From positions 7,658 to 71,657 of IMG/VR virus record IMGVR_UViG_3300008120_000139: a stretch of DNA of 64,000 nucleotides. One strand, given 5' to 3'. The stretch comes from a virus. The notes beneath the pieces are model-generated. The model was given only the letters and a program-made list of their open reading frames with translations. It did no database searches and was not told the DNA's origin. The translations under genes were made by a program, and so were the position numbers. Positions 9,953 through 20,566 of the stretch are shown here, piece after piece; the stretch's first letter is position 1, and each line of letters begins with the position of its first letter.

Positions 9953-12235
9953 TTACCCTCCTGTACCAGTTTTTACAGGATTTCCATTGCTATCAGTAAC
10001 AATACCGCCTGTACCAGTACCCACAGTGTTACCTTGAAGTTGCCCTAAGAAACATTCGTAAAAACCTTTTTTCTTTGCTTTAATATCAGGAGTATTAAAA
10101 CCAACAGACTTACATGCTGCTTCAAAATATCCAGGATCTGTTTGAGCTACTTTACATCTATCAAGCATGTATTTTACACTTACTTCAGCAGCAATTGCTG
10201 GATCCATTAGTAATTTTGGATTTCCTATTAGATCTTGACCGACCATTTGACCATACCTCGTGTAGTTTCCTCGACCAGTTAGCTGAATATACCCACGACC
10301 TATGAAATTAGCTCCATCACCTGGTAATGTATTTCCTAAACCTTTTCCTTTAGCTGTTGTATGTCCGTATAAAAATTCAGGTAAACTATTATTAGGATTG
10401 CCAGCATACTGTTGTGCTAGTGCCTTATCACCTTTAAATACACTAGGAAATACTTGTAATAATCTGTCAGCAGAATAATTAAAGTTTTCTTCAACTAGTT
10501 TCCAACGACATTCACCACCTGCTATGCCTAATAAGCTTGCTATAGCATAAGGACTTGTTAATCCATACTTTGCACATGCTGCTTTCAAAGCTGCAATACC
10601 TGCTTGAGACGCACTAGCATTTATTTCTTTAGCATATTCTGGTGTACAAGTACCTGCAACAACAGCTTCTTGATTAGCCGGAGGTTGTTCGCCTGCAGCA
10701 GGATTTGGAGCAATCCCACTTGCTGATCTATCAGCAAGTGTAACATCAGTAGATGTAGAGCTAAATTGAACAGGGTTAAAGTTTTCATGCTGCGGCCATG
10801 GTTCGTGTGTAGGAACCCGTTGCATAATACTTTTTATATCAGACGATTTATAGAAATTACCGTTATCCCATCCTGCATTAAATTTTCTATTTGGCAAATT
10901 AAATAATGGAAGCTCAGGGGGTTGTTCTGCAGGATCTGCACTTGCTGGGGCAGCAGCGGCTGGGCCATTAAGATCTATTCTGGTACCAGAAGCTGTAATA
11001 TTTCCGTTAGCACCGAGATTCATTGTTGCTGCTGTACCAATGTTGATATTTCCTTCTGCTCCTAAATTAAGTGTATCACCTGATGTTATTTTAATAGCAT
11101 CTGTTACACTTAGATTGAACAATGCTCCTACAGATATTTTAGCAGTCTCGCCTATAATTTGATCATGTGTTCCCCTAATTGCAATTTTAGAATGATCATT
11201 AACAACAAGATAATGATAACCATTAACATTTGTTTCCATATTTTTATTAGCTCTGATATTAATATTTCTACCTGCTTCTAAGTTAATATCTCTATCTGCT
11301 CTAAAATTAAAATCTGCTTCTGTATGTATACTAATACTATCTTGAGAAAAAATATCAATTTTTCCATTGCTAGTTAATTCAATCCATGCAGTACCTTTGC
11401 TATTTCCAATATAGATTAAATCTTGACTGTTATGTAATAATATTTGATGGCCTGTTCTTGTTCTTAATCTAACTAATTCGTTTTGCCCTTGACTATCACC
11501 ATCATCCATTACAAAAGTTGTTCCACCTAGTCTACTGATAGGAATACTAAACTTTTCATCTTTATATCCAACTTGATCAGATCTACCGTTTGGATCTATT
11601 GGTCCAGGTGTACTAATTCCAAACACTTGACTAGGTACTTCACGTCTTGCAGAACTAGACGTAACACCGCGTGTTAAATCTGCTAATAGTCCCTGTTGTC
11701 TTAATCTATCTGCAAAAGGATGTATCGGTTTCTTAATAGAATTAATATTAGGATTTGATAAAGTTTCACTAGATTTATGATATTCTGCAACTGGCAGATA
11801 ATCTGTTCCATATTGTCTTCTTTGTTCTTCAGTTATATGAACATTTTTACTAGCAGCAATCCCAGGAATCATATGATTTTGAAATTTATCTGTGATGCAT
11901 CCAAACCAATATCCTTGATTAGGATCTCCATCAATAAAAATAACCATAACTCTGGTACCTATATCAGGAGGAATCATCCAGAATCCATAACTTTTTTGTA
12001 CGTCGCTGAATTTTTTCGGATCTGGTCCTTCAAACCTTATAGATGTATTTCCTGCAAAAGGGCTAAGATACTTAACAGCGTATGTTTCTCCTTGATTTTC
12101 AACAACGTTAGAAATGCCTTTTATCAAAGCAACTTCTAAACTTCCCATGTAAGTTGTATCTAAGTGATTTGTTACTTCAGCTAAAAAAGGACCTGGAGAA
12201 GGCAATGCCCCTCTTTTTCTTGTTTCTAATGTCAT
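9953..12235 (-). CDS. gp5: Baseplate central spike (gp5/VgrG-like) with C-terminal glycoside hydrolase family 19-like domain
   Basis: OB-fold-type PPDIGTRVMVIF...GYWFG, spike motif LRTRTGHQILL, beta-helical repeat stretch, C-terminal EENFNYS...FIGRGYIQLTGRGNY GH19-type motifs. Confidence 0.8.
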   Translation of the reverse strand: MTLETRKRGALPSPGPFLAEVTNHLDTTYMGSLEVALIKGISNVVENQGETYAVKYLSPFAGNTSIRFEGPDPKKFSDVQKSYGFWMIPPDIGTRVMVIFIDGDPNQGYWFGCITDKFQNHMIPGIAASKNVHITEEQRRQYGTDYLPVAEYHKSSETLSNPNINSIKKPIHPFADRLRQQGLLADLTRGVTSSSARREVPSQVFGISTPGPIDPNGRSDQVGYKDEKFSIPISRLGGTTFVMDDGDSQGQNELVRLRTRTGHQILLHNSQDLIYIGNSKGTAWIELTSNGKIDIFSQDSISIHTEADFNFRADRDINLEAGRNINIRANKNMETNVNGYHYLVVNDHSKIAIRGTHDQIIGETAKISVGALFNLSVTDAIKITSGDTLNLGAEGNINIGTAATMNLGANGNITASGTRIDLNGPAAAAPASADPAEQPPELPLFNLPNRKFNAGWDNGNFYKSSDIKSIMQRVPTHEPWPQHENFNPVQFSSTSTDVTLADRSASGIAPNPAAGEQPPANQEAVVAGTCTPEYAKEINASASQAGIAALKAACAKYGLTSPYAIASLLGIAGGECRWKLVEENFNYSADRLLQVFPSVFKGDKALAQQYAGNPNNSLPEFLYGHTTAKGKGLGNTLPGDGANFIGRGYIQLTGRGNYTRYGQMVGQDLIGNPKLLMDPAIAAEVSVKYMLDRCKVAQTDPGYFEAACKSVGFNTPDIKAKKKGFYECFLGQLQGNTVGTGTGGIVTDSNGNPVKTGTGG

Positions 12236-12252
12236 ATTTTTATACCATTATA

Positions 12253-15200
12253 TTATTTTTTAAAATTGTTCAATAATGTCTCCAAAGGACTAGTCGATGC
12301 TTTACTTCCAAAAACTGCTCCTACTGATCCTGATACTTTTTGGTCGACAGTAGATTTTATTGATGACAATTTCGATAATTGAGATTTTACTGTTGACATT
12401 TTATCTTTAATAGCATTTGTATCCACAGAATTTAATGTACTAGCTATTCCAGCAGCTACTGTTGTTTTAATTAAAGGAGATGAAATATCCGGTAAAGCAT
12501 CAGGTGCTGTTCTAAAAGGCGTCAATGGGGGAATGTTGCCAAACTTAGAAGGAGGAATCGCCGACAATGCAATACCTTGATCTAATGCTTGAGAAAGATT
12601 TAAATTTTCTGGAGTATTTTTTAAAATGTCAGTGAGTTGTTTAGGCAATTTACTTTGTAAATTATTTGATATACCCGATAATTTTGATGAATCAAGTCCT
12701 AGTTGAGCAGCAATTGCCTTAGGATCTGCTTTACTACCTAGAGATTCACTAATTTTTGCTCCCACACCCCCTACTAGTAAATTAGCTTTATCTCCTAACC
12801 TATTCACTTGATCTAACGCATTTTGCCCTAGTTGTTGAATTTCACCCTTTACATTGCTTATTGCATCTTTAGCAAGAGCCAATGGATTTTCAAGGGCACC
12901 TGCTTTAATATCTAATGCTGTAGGATTTAACGGTATTGTTGAAAGGGGAGGAATCAATACCGAAGCACCCTCGCCTATTCCTGAACCTACATTAGATTTT
13001 TGCAATACTTGATTTAGTGTATTTCCAATGATAGTGCCGGCCATTGTCGATGCTACATTTTTTAAAGAAGTATTACCTGTAATAATATTAGCAGCAGCAT
13101 TTATTAATCCTGCAGATGTTAAATTACTATTACCAAGGTTAGCTAATTGCGTTACATTTAATCTAATATCGGTTTGATTAACAGTTGGTAAGGCTTGTCC
13201 AATAATTCCGGCAGCAGATTGCAATACACCGTCTCGAGACACCAGTCCATAGGTTCTTGTTAACACTGATTCTCCTCCGCCTAACCCACCTACAGCAGCA
13301 GTAAAGTTTGACTCTACGTTAGGTGCACCTCGACTCAAATATTCAGCAACATCGGCAGTAGATGCTCGCTGTACTGATACTTCAGGTGCTTCGGCAGATA
13401 CCGGAGCATTTTCGGGATTAGGCACTACCTTTGTAAGAGATTCCATCTTTACTTCTTTGCCTTGACCATCTAATATTTGACCGGGTCTTCTTATAATTTC
13501 TAAATTTTGTTTAAACGATCCTTCTTTAAAAGTATGCATTGCTTTAGTAACCATGTATACTCCACTAAATGGTACACGATTAGGATCAAATATCATTAGA
13601 CCGCCGGATTCAAATGATCCTATGTCAATAGGATTTCTAAAATTAATTAAGATATTAACTTCAGCATAATTCATTGCTACTTCTTTTTGTCCTACTACAC
13701 CTTCTCTACTACCTGACACAGGTTTTGGATTATAGCTCCCCATTCCACCAGTTACTAGGTAAAAAGGATCACCTAAAATTTCAATATTACCAGTTACCAT
13801 ACTTGCTTTAGAATTAACAACAGCATCATGCATTGATCTTGCTAATGCAGCATATGGATCATTTTGTATAGGCGTAGCAGAACCCGAATTAGGTTTAGTA
13901 TCAACAGGTACTTGTCTTACTGGTGCAGGGGGATGCGATGGATTTGTATCTGTTTGATCTTGTTTCGACGGTGCATCAATCTTAGGTTGGCCTCTCCCGT
14001 CAGGTTTTGCAGAATCTCTATAATTAGGTACATTTTGATCAGCCATTGCCGCAGGAATAGCTTCAAAATATAAAGTATTAAAATTTAATTTAAAATTAAG
14101 AACATCTACATTTTTTCCCATGTAATAATAATTGTATTCACGTAATACAAGTTTAGCAAATTCTTCTTCTTTTAATTGAACTTGACCATATCTAGGAATA
14201 CGTGTAAAGTGTACTTTGAAAGGGCTAACAACAAATGTAAATTCTTGATATGGCTTCTTCGCTGTTTCATCAAATACATCTCTATTTTTAACTTCTACTT
14301 TAATAGAAAAATATTCAACTCTACCCATTTCATCAACTCTGGCTTTAGCAGTGCTTTTATCAGAACTAGCCATATCTTCTAATAGTTTACGGACATAAAC
14401 ACTATCTTTTATAACAGCAGAAATTACTTCGTGTACACTGATATTTTCTGGAAAATTTATTGCAGCACCTGTAGGGTTATATTTTATGCTTTTAGGTTCT
14501 GTTCCAGGCTTATAGGCATTTTTTCCATCATTAGGTTTAGCAAACTTATATAAAACATTATCTTCGTATAAATTTAATAAATCACTATCACCTATTTTAG
14601 ATTTTACTGCGTCAATCCATCCATTGTTAGCATCCCATTCAACAAATTTAATATTATAAGTATCTACATTATTGGGATTTAATTTTGCATCTTCGTTCGA
14701 TTTTTTCAATTGTTCGTTAAAAGATTTTACAAAATTAGTTAAGATTTCCTTAACTGATTTTCCTTCCATCTTTATAGGTTTTTTTACTACACTAGGTTGA
14801 CCGAATGCTCTTTCATTATAAGGAACCGCAGAACATTGATATTTTGTTCCTCTTTCTGTAATGTCAACTTCGACATTAGTAAGGCCTATAGGAAAGTATC
14901 TATCTGCATTAGGAATTTTTTCTGCTGCTTTAAATATTTCATTATCAGAATCAGGTATTCCCCAAAATTCAAGTTTTAGTACAAAACTAGCATTTATATA
15001 TGACGTGTATCCGGCAGCAACAGCAGCTACATGTAATGCTTCAATAAATCCATTAATACTGTATGGTTCAAATACATCAAATTTTATTTTTGTAGGTTGT
15101 GTAACATTTGATTCTTCTGAAAAAGACATTATAGTTTCTATTTCAACATCATCGATAAACATGTCAAAACGACCTGGACTTTTTTCATTAAATCCGGTTA

Positions 15201-15624
15201 TAAGTCCTTGATTAGCAGTTAGCTTATTAGCTAACTTAGCTTGGTTATTTTTAGCAGAATATTTGTCAAGAACAGGTTCTTCAGTTGCACTAACTTGTGC
15301 ATTTGACAATTTGTTTACATTCAGAATAGTGTTATTTCCCTTACCACCTGATTTTAAGATCACAAGATCCATTTCTGCTTTTCTATATACATCAGGATTA
15401 GATACATAATCAGATGGTAATGCTGCTAACGTAAAATTATAAGTTATAGATCGATATCCATTTAGAACATTAGATTCAACAGGCAGTTTATATTTTTGAG
15501 TCAATTTTTCAGCCGGTTTTGCTTCTCCCGAAGGCGGAGCTGTTTTTCGTTCAACATTAGGCGAAGAAGCATCTGCTGCGGGTGTTGGAACAAATGCTGA
15601 TTCGTAACCGGTATATTCACTCAT
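12253..15624 (-). CDS. Large baseplate hub-like structural protein (possibly gp27-like)
   Basis: 1123-aa ORF between gp5-like and gp53-like genes; IEILGDPFYL...FSGVYMVTKAMHTFKEGSFKQNL resembles hub protein C-terminal segments. Confidence 0.5.
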   Translation of the reverse strand: MSEYTGYESAFVPTPAADASSPNVERKTAPPSGEAKPAEKLTQKYKLPVESNVLNGYRSITYNFTLAALPSDYVSNPDVYRKAEMDLVILKSGGKGNNTILNVNKLSNAQVSATEEPVLDKYSAKNNQAKLANKLTANQGLITGFNEKSPGRFDMFIDDVEIETIMSFSEESNVTQPTKIKFDVFEPYSINGFIEALHVAAVAAGYTSYINASFVLKLEFWGIPDSDNEIFKAAEKIPNADRYFPIGLTNVEVDITERGTKYQCSAVPYNERAFGQPSVVKKPIKMEGKSVKEILTNFVKSFNEQLKKSNEDAKLNPNNVDTYNIKFVEWDANNGWIDAVKSKIGDSDLLNLYEDNVLYKFAKPNDGKNAYKPGTEPKSIKYNPTGAAINFPENISVHEVISAVIKDSVYVRKLLEDMASSDKSTAKARVDEMGRVEYFSIKVEVKNRDVFDETAKKPYQEFTFVVSPFKVHFTRIPRYGQVQLKEEEFAKLVLREYNYYYMGKNVDVLNFKLNFNTLYFEAIPAAMADQNVPNYRDSAKPDGRGQPKIDAPSKQDQTDTNPSHPPAPVRQVPVDTKPNSGSATPIQNDPYAALARSMHDAVVNSKASMVTGNIEILGDPFYLVTGGMGSYNPKPVSGSREGVVGQKEVAMNYAEVNILINFRNPIDIGSFESGGLMIFDPNRVPFSGVYMVTKAMHTFKEGSFKQNLEIIRRPGQILDGQGKEVKMESLTKVVPNPENAPVSAEAPEVSVQRASTADVAEYLSRGAPNVESNFTAAVGGLGGGESVLTRTYGLVSRDGVLQSAAGIIGQALPTVNQTDIRLNVTQLANLGNSNLTSAGLINAAANIITGNTSLKNVASTMAGTIIGNTLNQVLQKSNVGSGIGEGASVLIPPLSTIPLNPTALDIKAGALENPLALAKDAISNVKGEIQQLGQNALDQVNRLGDKANLLVGGVGAKISESLGSKADPKAIAAQLGLDSSKLSGISNNLQSKLPKQLTDILKNTPENLNLSQALDQGIALSAIPPSKFGNIPPLTPFRTAPDALPDISSPLIKTTVAAGIASTLNSVDTNAIKDKMSTVKSQLSKLSSIKSTVDQKVSGSVGAVFGSKASTSPLETLLNNFKK

Positions 15625-15625
15625 A

Positions 15626-15919
15626 TTATATTCCTAACACTGTTTTCAATGTTGACAGCTTTGGTAGATAAATTTTTGTTCCCGCTACAAAATCATAAAC
15701 AGGATCTTTAATATTTTTTTTATTCCTTACAGCAAATACCCACCATAAATTACTATCTTTATATAAATCATGTGCTAATAAATCTGGTCTATTCTCGTAA
15801 GTTTTTGTAATTTCAAACAAATAATCATCTGGCTGATTAGGAATATCCCTTAATTCCATTACATCTAAATAATTATTAACAATTGCGGTGTTAAAATAGG
15901 GACTCGCTTTGCTATACAT
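15626..15919 (-). CDS. Baseplate wedge protein, gp53/LysM-like
   Basis: RPDLLAHDLYKDSNLWWVFAVRN is typical of gp53/tail-X LysM-like proteins. Confidence 0.75.
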   Translation of the reverse strand: MYSKASPYFNTAIVNNYLDVMELRDIPNQPDDYLFEITKTYENRPDLLAHDLYKDSNLWWVFAVRNKKNIKDPVYDFVAGTKIYLPKLSTLKTVLGI

Positions 15920-16776
15920 TATAGAAATCCTCTTGAACTATCTCTGGAACTAACAAATGATTGCACTGAAAAGTTAAGTAATTCATTTCTACTATAGATC
16001 GGAACACAATTCACTTGTATAGTTGCTTTAGTCGGTACTGAATTTTTTCCAAAAACGTCCGACGGTGGAAAATTAAAATAATCAACATCATTAGTATAAT
16101 CAACACGAAAGTTAATAATTGCTACAGGAACATTTTTTAACATCATGTCACCGTGACCATCTAATCGACAAATCGGAGGAGGTGCTCCAGCATCGGAATC
16201 TTTTCCAAATTTCATTTTTGTTAAAGATTTTAATAAATGCACAGTAGAAAGATAATTTATTGCATCACGACGATTTTCGACAGTAAACACTCCTGATATG
16301 CTAATTTGACCAACACTACTTCTTTGATAAAAGTACAAAGTATAATTTGAATGCATAGGGGTTTGTGCTGCATAATCTGCTTTATACTCATAACCTATTG
16401 TAGGTGTATAGGGAAATAATATGCCTCCTATTTTAACTAGATCATCATCGTATCCCGACGTTAAATCAGTAAAATACCAAGGTGGTACTCTAATTCTAAC
16501 CCTTAAATCATCAAGAACTAATTCTCCATTTTGATCTCTTGTGGTAACCATAGTAGGAGGGTTGAGCATTTTTTCTGCACCGGGCGGCACAGGAAGATCT
16601 AATCTTCTAGGATCCATGGCCGAAAATGCAGATGTTGCGCGGCCTGCACCAGCGTCACTTATACGTGTAACTTCAGCTAGAGCTGTTGCACTTATCGGAG
16701 GAATATTAGCTAAACGAGCAGGCTCAGCATACTTTGCTGCTGTTGCTGCTTCAGTTTTAGAAGGATTAGTAGTCAT
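15919..16776 (-). CDS. Baseplate/tail-tube initiator-like protein (gp48/gp54-like)
   Basis: LFPYTPTI...GAPPPICRLDGHG...NVPVAI pattern of tube-initiator proteins; first gene of the baseplate operon, SD-like AAAGGGAA upstream. Confidence 0.55.
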   Translation of the reverse strand: MTTNPSKTEAATAAKYAEPARLANIPPISATALAEVTRISDAGAGRATSAFSAMDPRRLDLPVPPGAEKMLNPPTMVTTRDQNGELVLDDLRVRIRVPPWYFTDLTSGYDDDLVKIGGILFPYTPTIGYEYKADYAAQTPMHSNYTLYFYQRSSVGQISISGVFTVENRRDAINYLSTVHLLKSLTKMKFGKDSDAGAPPPICRLDGHGDMMLKNVPVAIINFRVDYTNDVDYFNFPPSDVFGKNSVPTKATIQVNCVPIYSRNELLNFSVQSFVSSRDSSRGFL

Positions 16777-16830
16777 AAAAAATTCCCTTTACATTGTATT
16801 TAACCAATAAATAAATGCTCACATAATCCA

Positions 16831-16859
16831 TTGACATTGTTTTTTTCAATTGCTATAAT
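16831..16859 (+). promoter_or_regulatory. Consensus sigma70 promoter with extended -10
   Basis: TTGACA (16831-36), 17-bp spacer, TGc-TATAAT (16851-59); AAGGA SD then ATG at 16886. Confidence 0.85.
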
Positions 16860-16885
16860 GTTTCCACTAAAGGAAAATAATAATA

Positions 16886-17730
16886 ATGACCGTAACGTCC
16901 CCTATAATAAAAAAGGTAAAATATCTAAATAATCGAGATTTACTTGCAGAAATTCATAAAAGTAAATGTAGTTTTTCGAGCTTTAGCAAAAAAGAATATA
17001 GTCAACATGACTTAATCTTAACGGCAATAGATAAAATTAATATACGAACAATAGCAGAAGCTAAACGAAATAGAGCAAAAAGAATAGGTCTACATTTATT
17101 TGCAGAACTTAGAGAACAAGGCGACAAAAAAACTAAACTTTCTGAATGTATTCCAGACTATCACCAGGACGTAAGAAAACTACTAAAACTACTGCCGATA
17201 GTCACGATAAAGTTAATTTTCCTCCTTTTCAACATTGGAAATTTAATGACGAAGATGAATTAGAATGCGTAGGTAAAAGCCATTGGCGTGGTACAATTGC
17301 TAAAGGTAAATTTAGTAAAGATCATGGAAGAATTACTGAAGAACTAGGAAAAATGTTTTTAAAATTAGCAGATAGATATGCTCAACGTGCTAATTGGAGA
17401 GGCTACACTTATATAGAAGAAATGAAGGGACAGGCTATACTTCAACTAAGTCAAATTGGTTTACAATTTGATGAATCAAAATCCGAAAATCCTTTTGCAT
17501 ATTATACTGCTGCTGTAACAAATAGCTTTACTCGTATCCTAAACATTGAAAAGAAAAATCAAAACATTCGAGACGATATGCTAGAAGAAGCCGGTCTAAC
17601 TCCAAGTCTGACTCGACAATATCAACAAGAATACGCAGAAGAGACAGCACGGCAAGCTGAACTATATAAAAACTTCAGAATGCCAAAAAGTGAAGAAAAT
17701 ACTGATACAGAAGAAGACGAAGAACCTTGA
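16886..17730 (+). pseudogene. gp55: gp55-like late-transcription sigma factor split into two overlapping frames (16886-17263 and 17146-17730)
   Basis: ORF1 has the gp55 N-terminal YLNNRDLLAEI motif; ORF2 (-1 frame) has the core ANWRGYTYIEEM...FDESKSENPFAYYT and an acidic tail; gp55-gp47-gp46 synteny. The break may be an assembly error. Confidence 0.7.
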
Positions 17731-17755
17731 CTTTATTGTTTCTACTTGCTACACT
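17727..17755 (+). promoter_or_regulatory. sigma70-type promoter for gp47/gp46
   Basis: TTGACT (17727-32), 17 bp, TGc-TACACT (17747-55); AGGAG SD before ATG 17775. Confidence 0.65.
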
Positions 17756-17774
17756 TTAAATTAGGAGAATTATA

Positions 17775-18788
17775 ATGTCCTTGTTTAAAAAGGTAGCTTG
17801 TTTTACAGATATACATTTCGGGCTTAAATCAAACTCAACAACTCATCTAAACGATTGCGAAGAATTCGTTGATTGGTATATTGCCGAAGCAAAAAAGGCT
17901 GGATGCGAAACTGGCATCTTCTTAGGAGATTGGAGTCACAATCGTAACAGCCTTAATCTAATTACACTTGATAGTAGTATCCGCTGCTTAGAAAAGCTCG
18001 GTGCTGCATTTGAACAGTTTTTTTGGTTTCCAGGAAATCACGATTTGTTCTATAAAGATAAACGTGATATCCATAGTTCAGCATTTGGGCGGCATATTCC
18101 AGGCGTCACTGTAGTCGAAAATGTAACTACCATAGGTGATGTGACTTTAGTACCGTGGTTGGTAAGTGACGAATGGAAAGAAATCAGCAAAGTTAAAAGC
18201 CGATACATGTTCGGTCACTTTGAACTACCATTGTTCTATATGAATGCGATGGTTCAAATGCCCAATCACGGAGAACTTCAACTTGAACACTTCAAACATC
18301 AAGAATATGTGTTTAGTGGTCATTTTCATATACGACAAAATCGTGGAAAAATTTGGTATATAGGCAATGCGTTTCCACATGATTTCGGTGACGCCTGGGA
18401 CGATAAACGTGGTATGATGATTTTAGAATGGGGAGGAGAACCTCAATTTATTGATTGGCCTAACTGTCCTAAGTTTAGAACTATTAACCTTAGCGATCTA
18501 ATTGATAAAAAAGATACAATAATGAAAAGTAAAATGTATCTGAGAATTAATCTAGATATTGATATCAGCTTTGAAGAAGCTAATTTTATTAAAGAAACAT
18601 TTAGCAACGATTACGATGTTAGAGAAATTAGCCTAATACAAGACAAAATAAGCTTAGATACCACAGTCGACGATAACCCAGATACAAAATTTGAAAGTGT
18701 TGATCAAATAGTTACAAAAAGTTTAGTTGCAGTCGAATCGGAACAGTTTGACAAAAAAGTTTTATTAGATATCTACAATAATTTATGA
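17775..18788 (+). CDS. gp47: Recombination endonuclease subunit, Mre11/SbcD-like
   Basis: Metallophosphoesterase motifs DIHFG, GDW, GNHD, GHFE, SGHFH. Confidence 0.92.
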   Translation: MSLFKKVACFTDIHFGLKSNSTTHLNDCEEFVDWYIAEAKKAGCETGIFLGDWSHNRNSLNLITLDSSIRCLEKLGAAFEQFFWFPGNHDLFYKDKRDIHSSAFGRHIPGVTVVENVTTIGDVTLVPWLVSDEWKEISKVKSRYMFGHFELPLFYMNAMVQMPNHGELQLEHFKHQEYVFSGHFHIRQNRGKIWYIGNAFPHDFGDAWDDKRGMMILEWGGEPQFIDWPNCPKFRTINLSDLIDKKDTIMKSKMYLRINLDIDISFEEANFIKETFSNDYDVREISLIQDKISLDTTVDDNPDTKFESVDQIVTKSLVAVESEQFDKKVLLDIYNNL

Positions 18789-20566
18789 GCTTCTTAATTA
18801 AAAATATTACCGTGAAAAATTTTATGAGTGTGGGTAACCAAACTCAAGCAGTGGATTTTGATCAAGAACAATTAACATTGGTATTAGGTAGCAATTTGGA
18901 CCTTGGTGGAGACGATTCTGGTTCAAGAAATGGTACTGGAAAAACAACTATTATCAATGCATTGAGCTATGCACTTTACGGTCAAGCATTAACAAATATC
19001 AAAAAAGAAAATTTAATCAATAAAATCAATGGAAAACATATGCTTGTTACCGTTGAATTTATAAAAAATAATAAAAAATACAGGATCGAAAGAGGTCGAA
19101 AGCCTAATATCCTAAAACTGTTTGTTGATAATCAACAAATTAAGGCCGAAGATGACGACGAAAGTCAAGGTGATAGCCGAGAAACTCAAAAATCTATTGA
19201 GCAACTATTAGAACTAAGTCATACTATGTTCAAACACTTAGTTGCGTTAAACACATATACTGAACCTTTTTTAAGTATGCGAGCGGCAGATCAAAGAGAA
19301 GTAATTGAACAACTTCTTGGCATCACATTATTGAGCGAAAAGGCCGAAATACTTAAAGTTTCAGTTAAAGAAACTAAAGATGCTATACAACATGAACAAT
19401 ATAGAATAGAAAGTGTTAAAACTGCTAACGAAAATGTGCAAAAAAGCATTGATAGTCTTAAATTAAAAAGTTCTGCCTGGGATAAAAAGTTCCAACAGGA
19501 CATAGAAAACACTGCTAAAGCCATAATGGAGTTAGAAAATGTTGATATTGAAAAAGAATTAGAAAAGCATTTACTTTTAATACAATGGTTAGCCAACGAT
19601 GCAAAGCTTACAGTACTAAAAAAACAACAAGCAACATTAGAAAATGCTGTTACTCAAGCAGGAAAAACCTGTGACAAATATTCTAAAGAGTTAGAAAAAC
19701 TAAAAGATAAAACTTGTCCAGCATGTGAACAAGAACTACATGATCATAAACATGACGAAATGGTCGCGCTGGTTCAAAAAAATCTCGAAGATGCAAATAC
19801 CTATGCTAAAAAAGTTATCAACGATTACGGATTGATTGTTAACGAAATAGAAGCAATCGGCGCATTAGGTAAAAAACCTTCTACATTTTATGAAACAGAA
19901 AAAGAAGCTTTAAGTCATAAAAATAATCTTGAGCAACTAAACAAAACTTTAGAATCAAAATTAACTGAAAAAAATCCCTATGATGAACAAATCATCGAAC
20001 TAAAGAAAACAGCTATACAAGAAATATCATGGGATAAGATTAATAATCTATCTAAATTACGTGATCATCAAGAGTTTTTACTAAAATTATTAACTAATAA
20101 AGATAGTTTTATACGTAAAAAGATTATAGATCAAAATTTATCATATCTTAACAAAAGATTAGGATATTATATTGATAAGTTAGGATTACCGCATCAAGTT
20201 ATTTTTCAAAATGACTTAAATGTTCAAATAACACAGCTAGGTCAAGATTTAGATTTTGATAATTTAAGTCGTGGAGAGCGTAACAGACTAATTTTAAGTA
20301 TGAGTTTTGCTTTCCGAGATGTCTGGGAAGGTTTATATCAACATATCAATTTATTGTTTATTGATGAATTAGTTGATTCCGGAATGGATTCTGCTGGGGT
20401 TGAATCAGCCATTGCCATCTTAAAGAAGATGGCCAGAGAAAGAAATAAAAATATCTATCTAATTAGTCACAAAGATGAGCTAATTGGTAGAGTTAATAAT
20501 GTTCTACGTGTAGTAAAAGAAAACGGATTTACAAATTATTCCAATAATATAGATTATGTCGGATGA
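18785..20566 (+). CDS. gp46: Recombination ATPase subunit, Rad50/SbcC-like
   Basis: KNFMSVGN, Walker A RNGTGKTT, coiled coil with CPAC zinc hook, signature LSRGE, Walker B LLFIDE, ISH. Confidence 0.93.
   Translation: MSFLIKNITVKNFMSVGNQTQAVDFDQEQLTLVLGSNLDLGGDDSGSRNGTGKTTIINALSYALYGQALTNIKKENLINKINGKHMLVTVEFIKNNKKYRIERGRKPNILKLFVDNQQIKAEDDDESQGDSRETQKSIEQLLELSHTMFKHLVALNTYTEPFLSMRAADQREVIEQLLGITLLSEKAEILKVSVKETKDAIQHEQYRIESVKTANENVQKSIDSLKLKSSAWDKKFQQDIENTAKAIMELENVDIEKELEKHLLLIQWLANDAKLTVLKKQQATLENAVTQAGKTCDKYSKELEKLKDKTCPACEQELHDHKHDEMVALVQKNLEDANTYAKKVINDYGLIVNEIEAIGALGKKPSTFYETEKEALSHKNNLEQLNKTLESKLTEKNPYDEQIIELKKTAIQEISWDKINNLSKLRDHQEFLLKLLTNKDSFIRKKIIDQNLSYLNKRLGYYIDKLGLPHQVIFQNDLNVQITQLGQDLDFDNLSRGERNRLILSMSFAFRDVWEGLYQHINLLFIDELVDSGMDSAGVESAIAILKKMARERNKNIYLISHKDELIGRVNNVLRVVKENGFTNYSNNIDYVG

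Noticed and set aside
17125-17131. C AAA AAA run as a programmed -1 site repairing the sigma gene
   Set aside because: The -1 frame hits TAA at 17134 and TGA at 17143 before reaching the downstream ORF
20263-20280. LSRGE instead of LSGGE ABC signature in gp46
   Set aside because: Rad50/gp46 signature motifs vary in phages and the other ATPase motifs are intact
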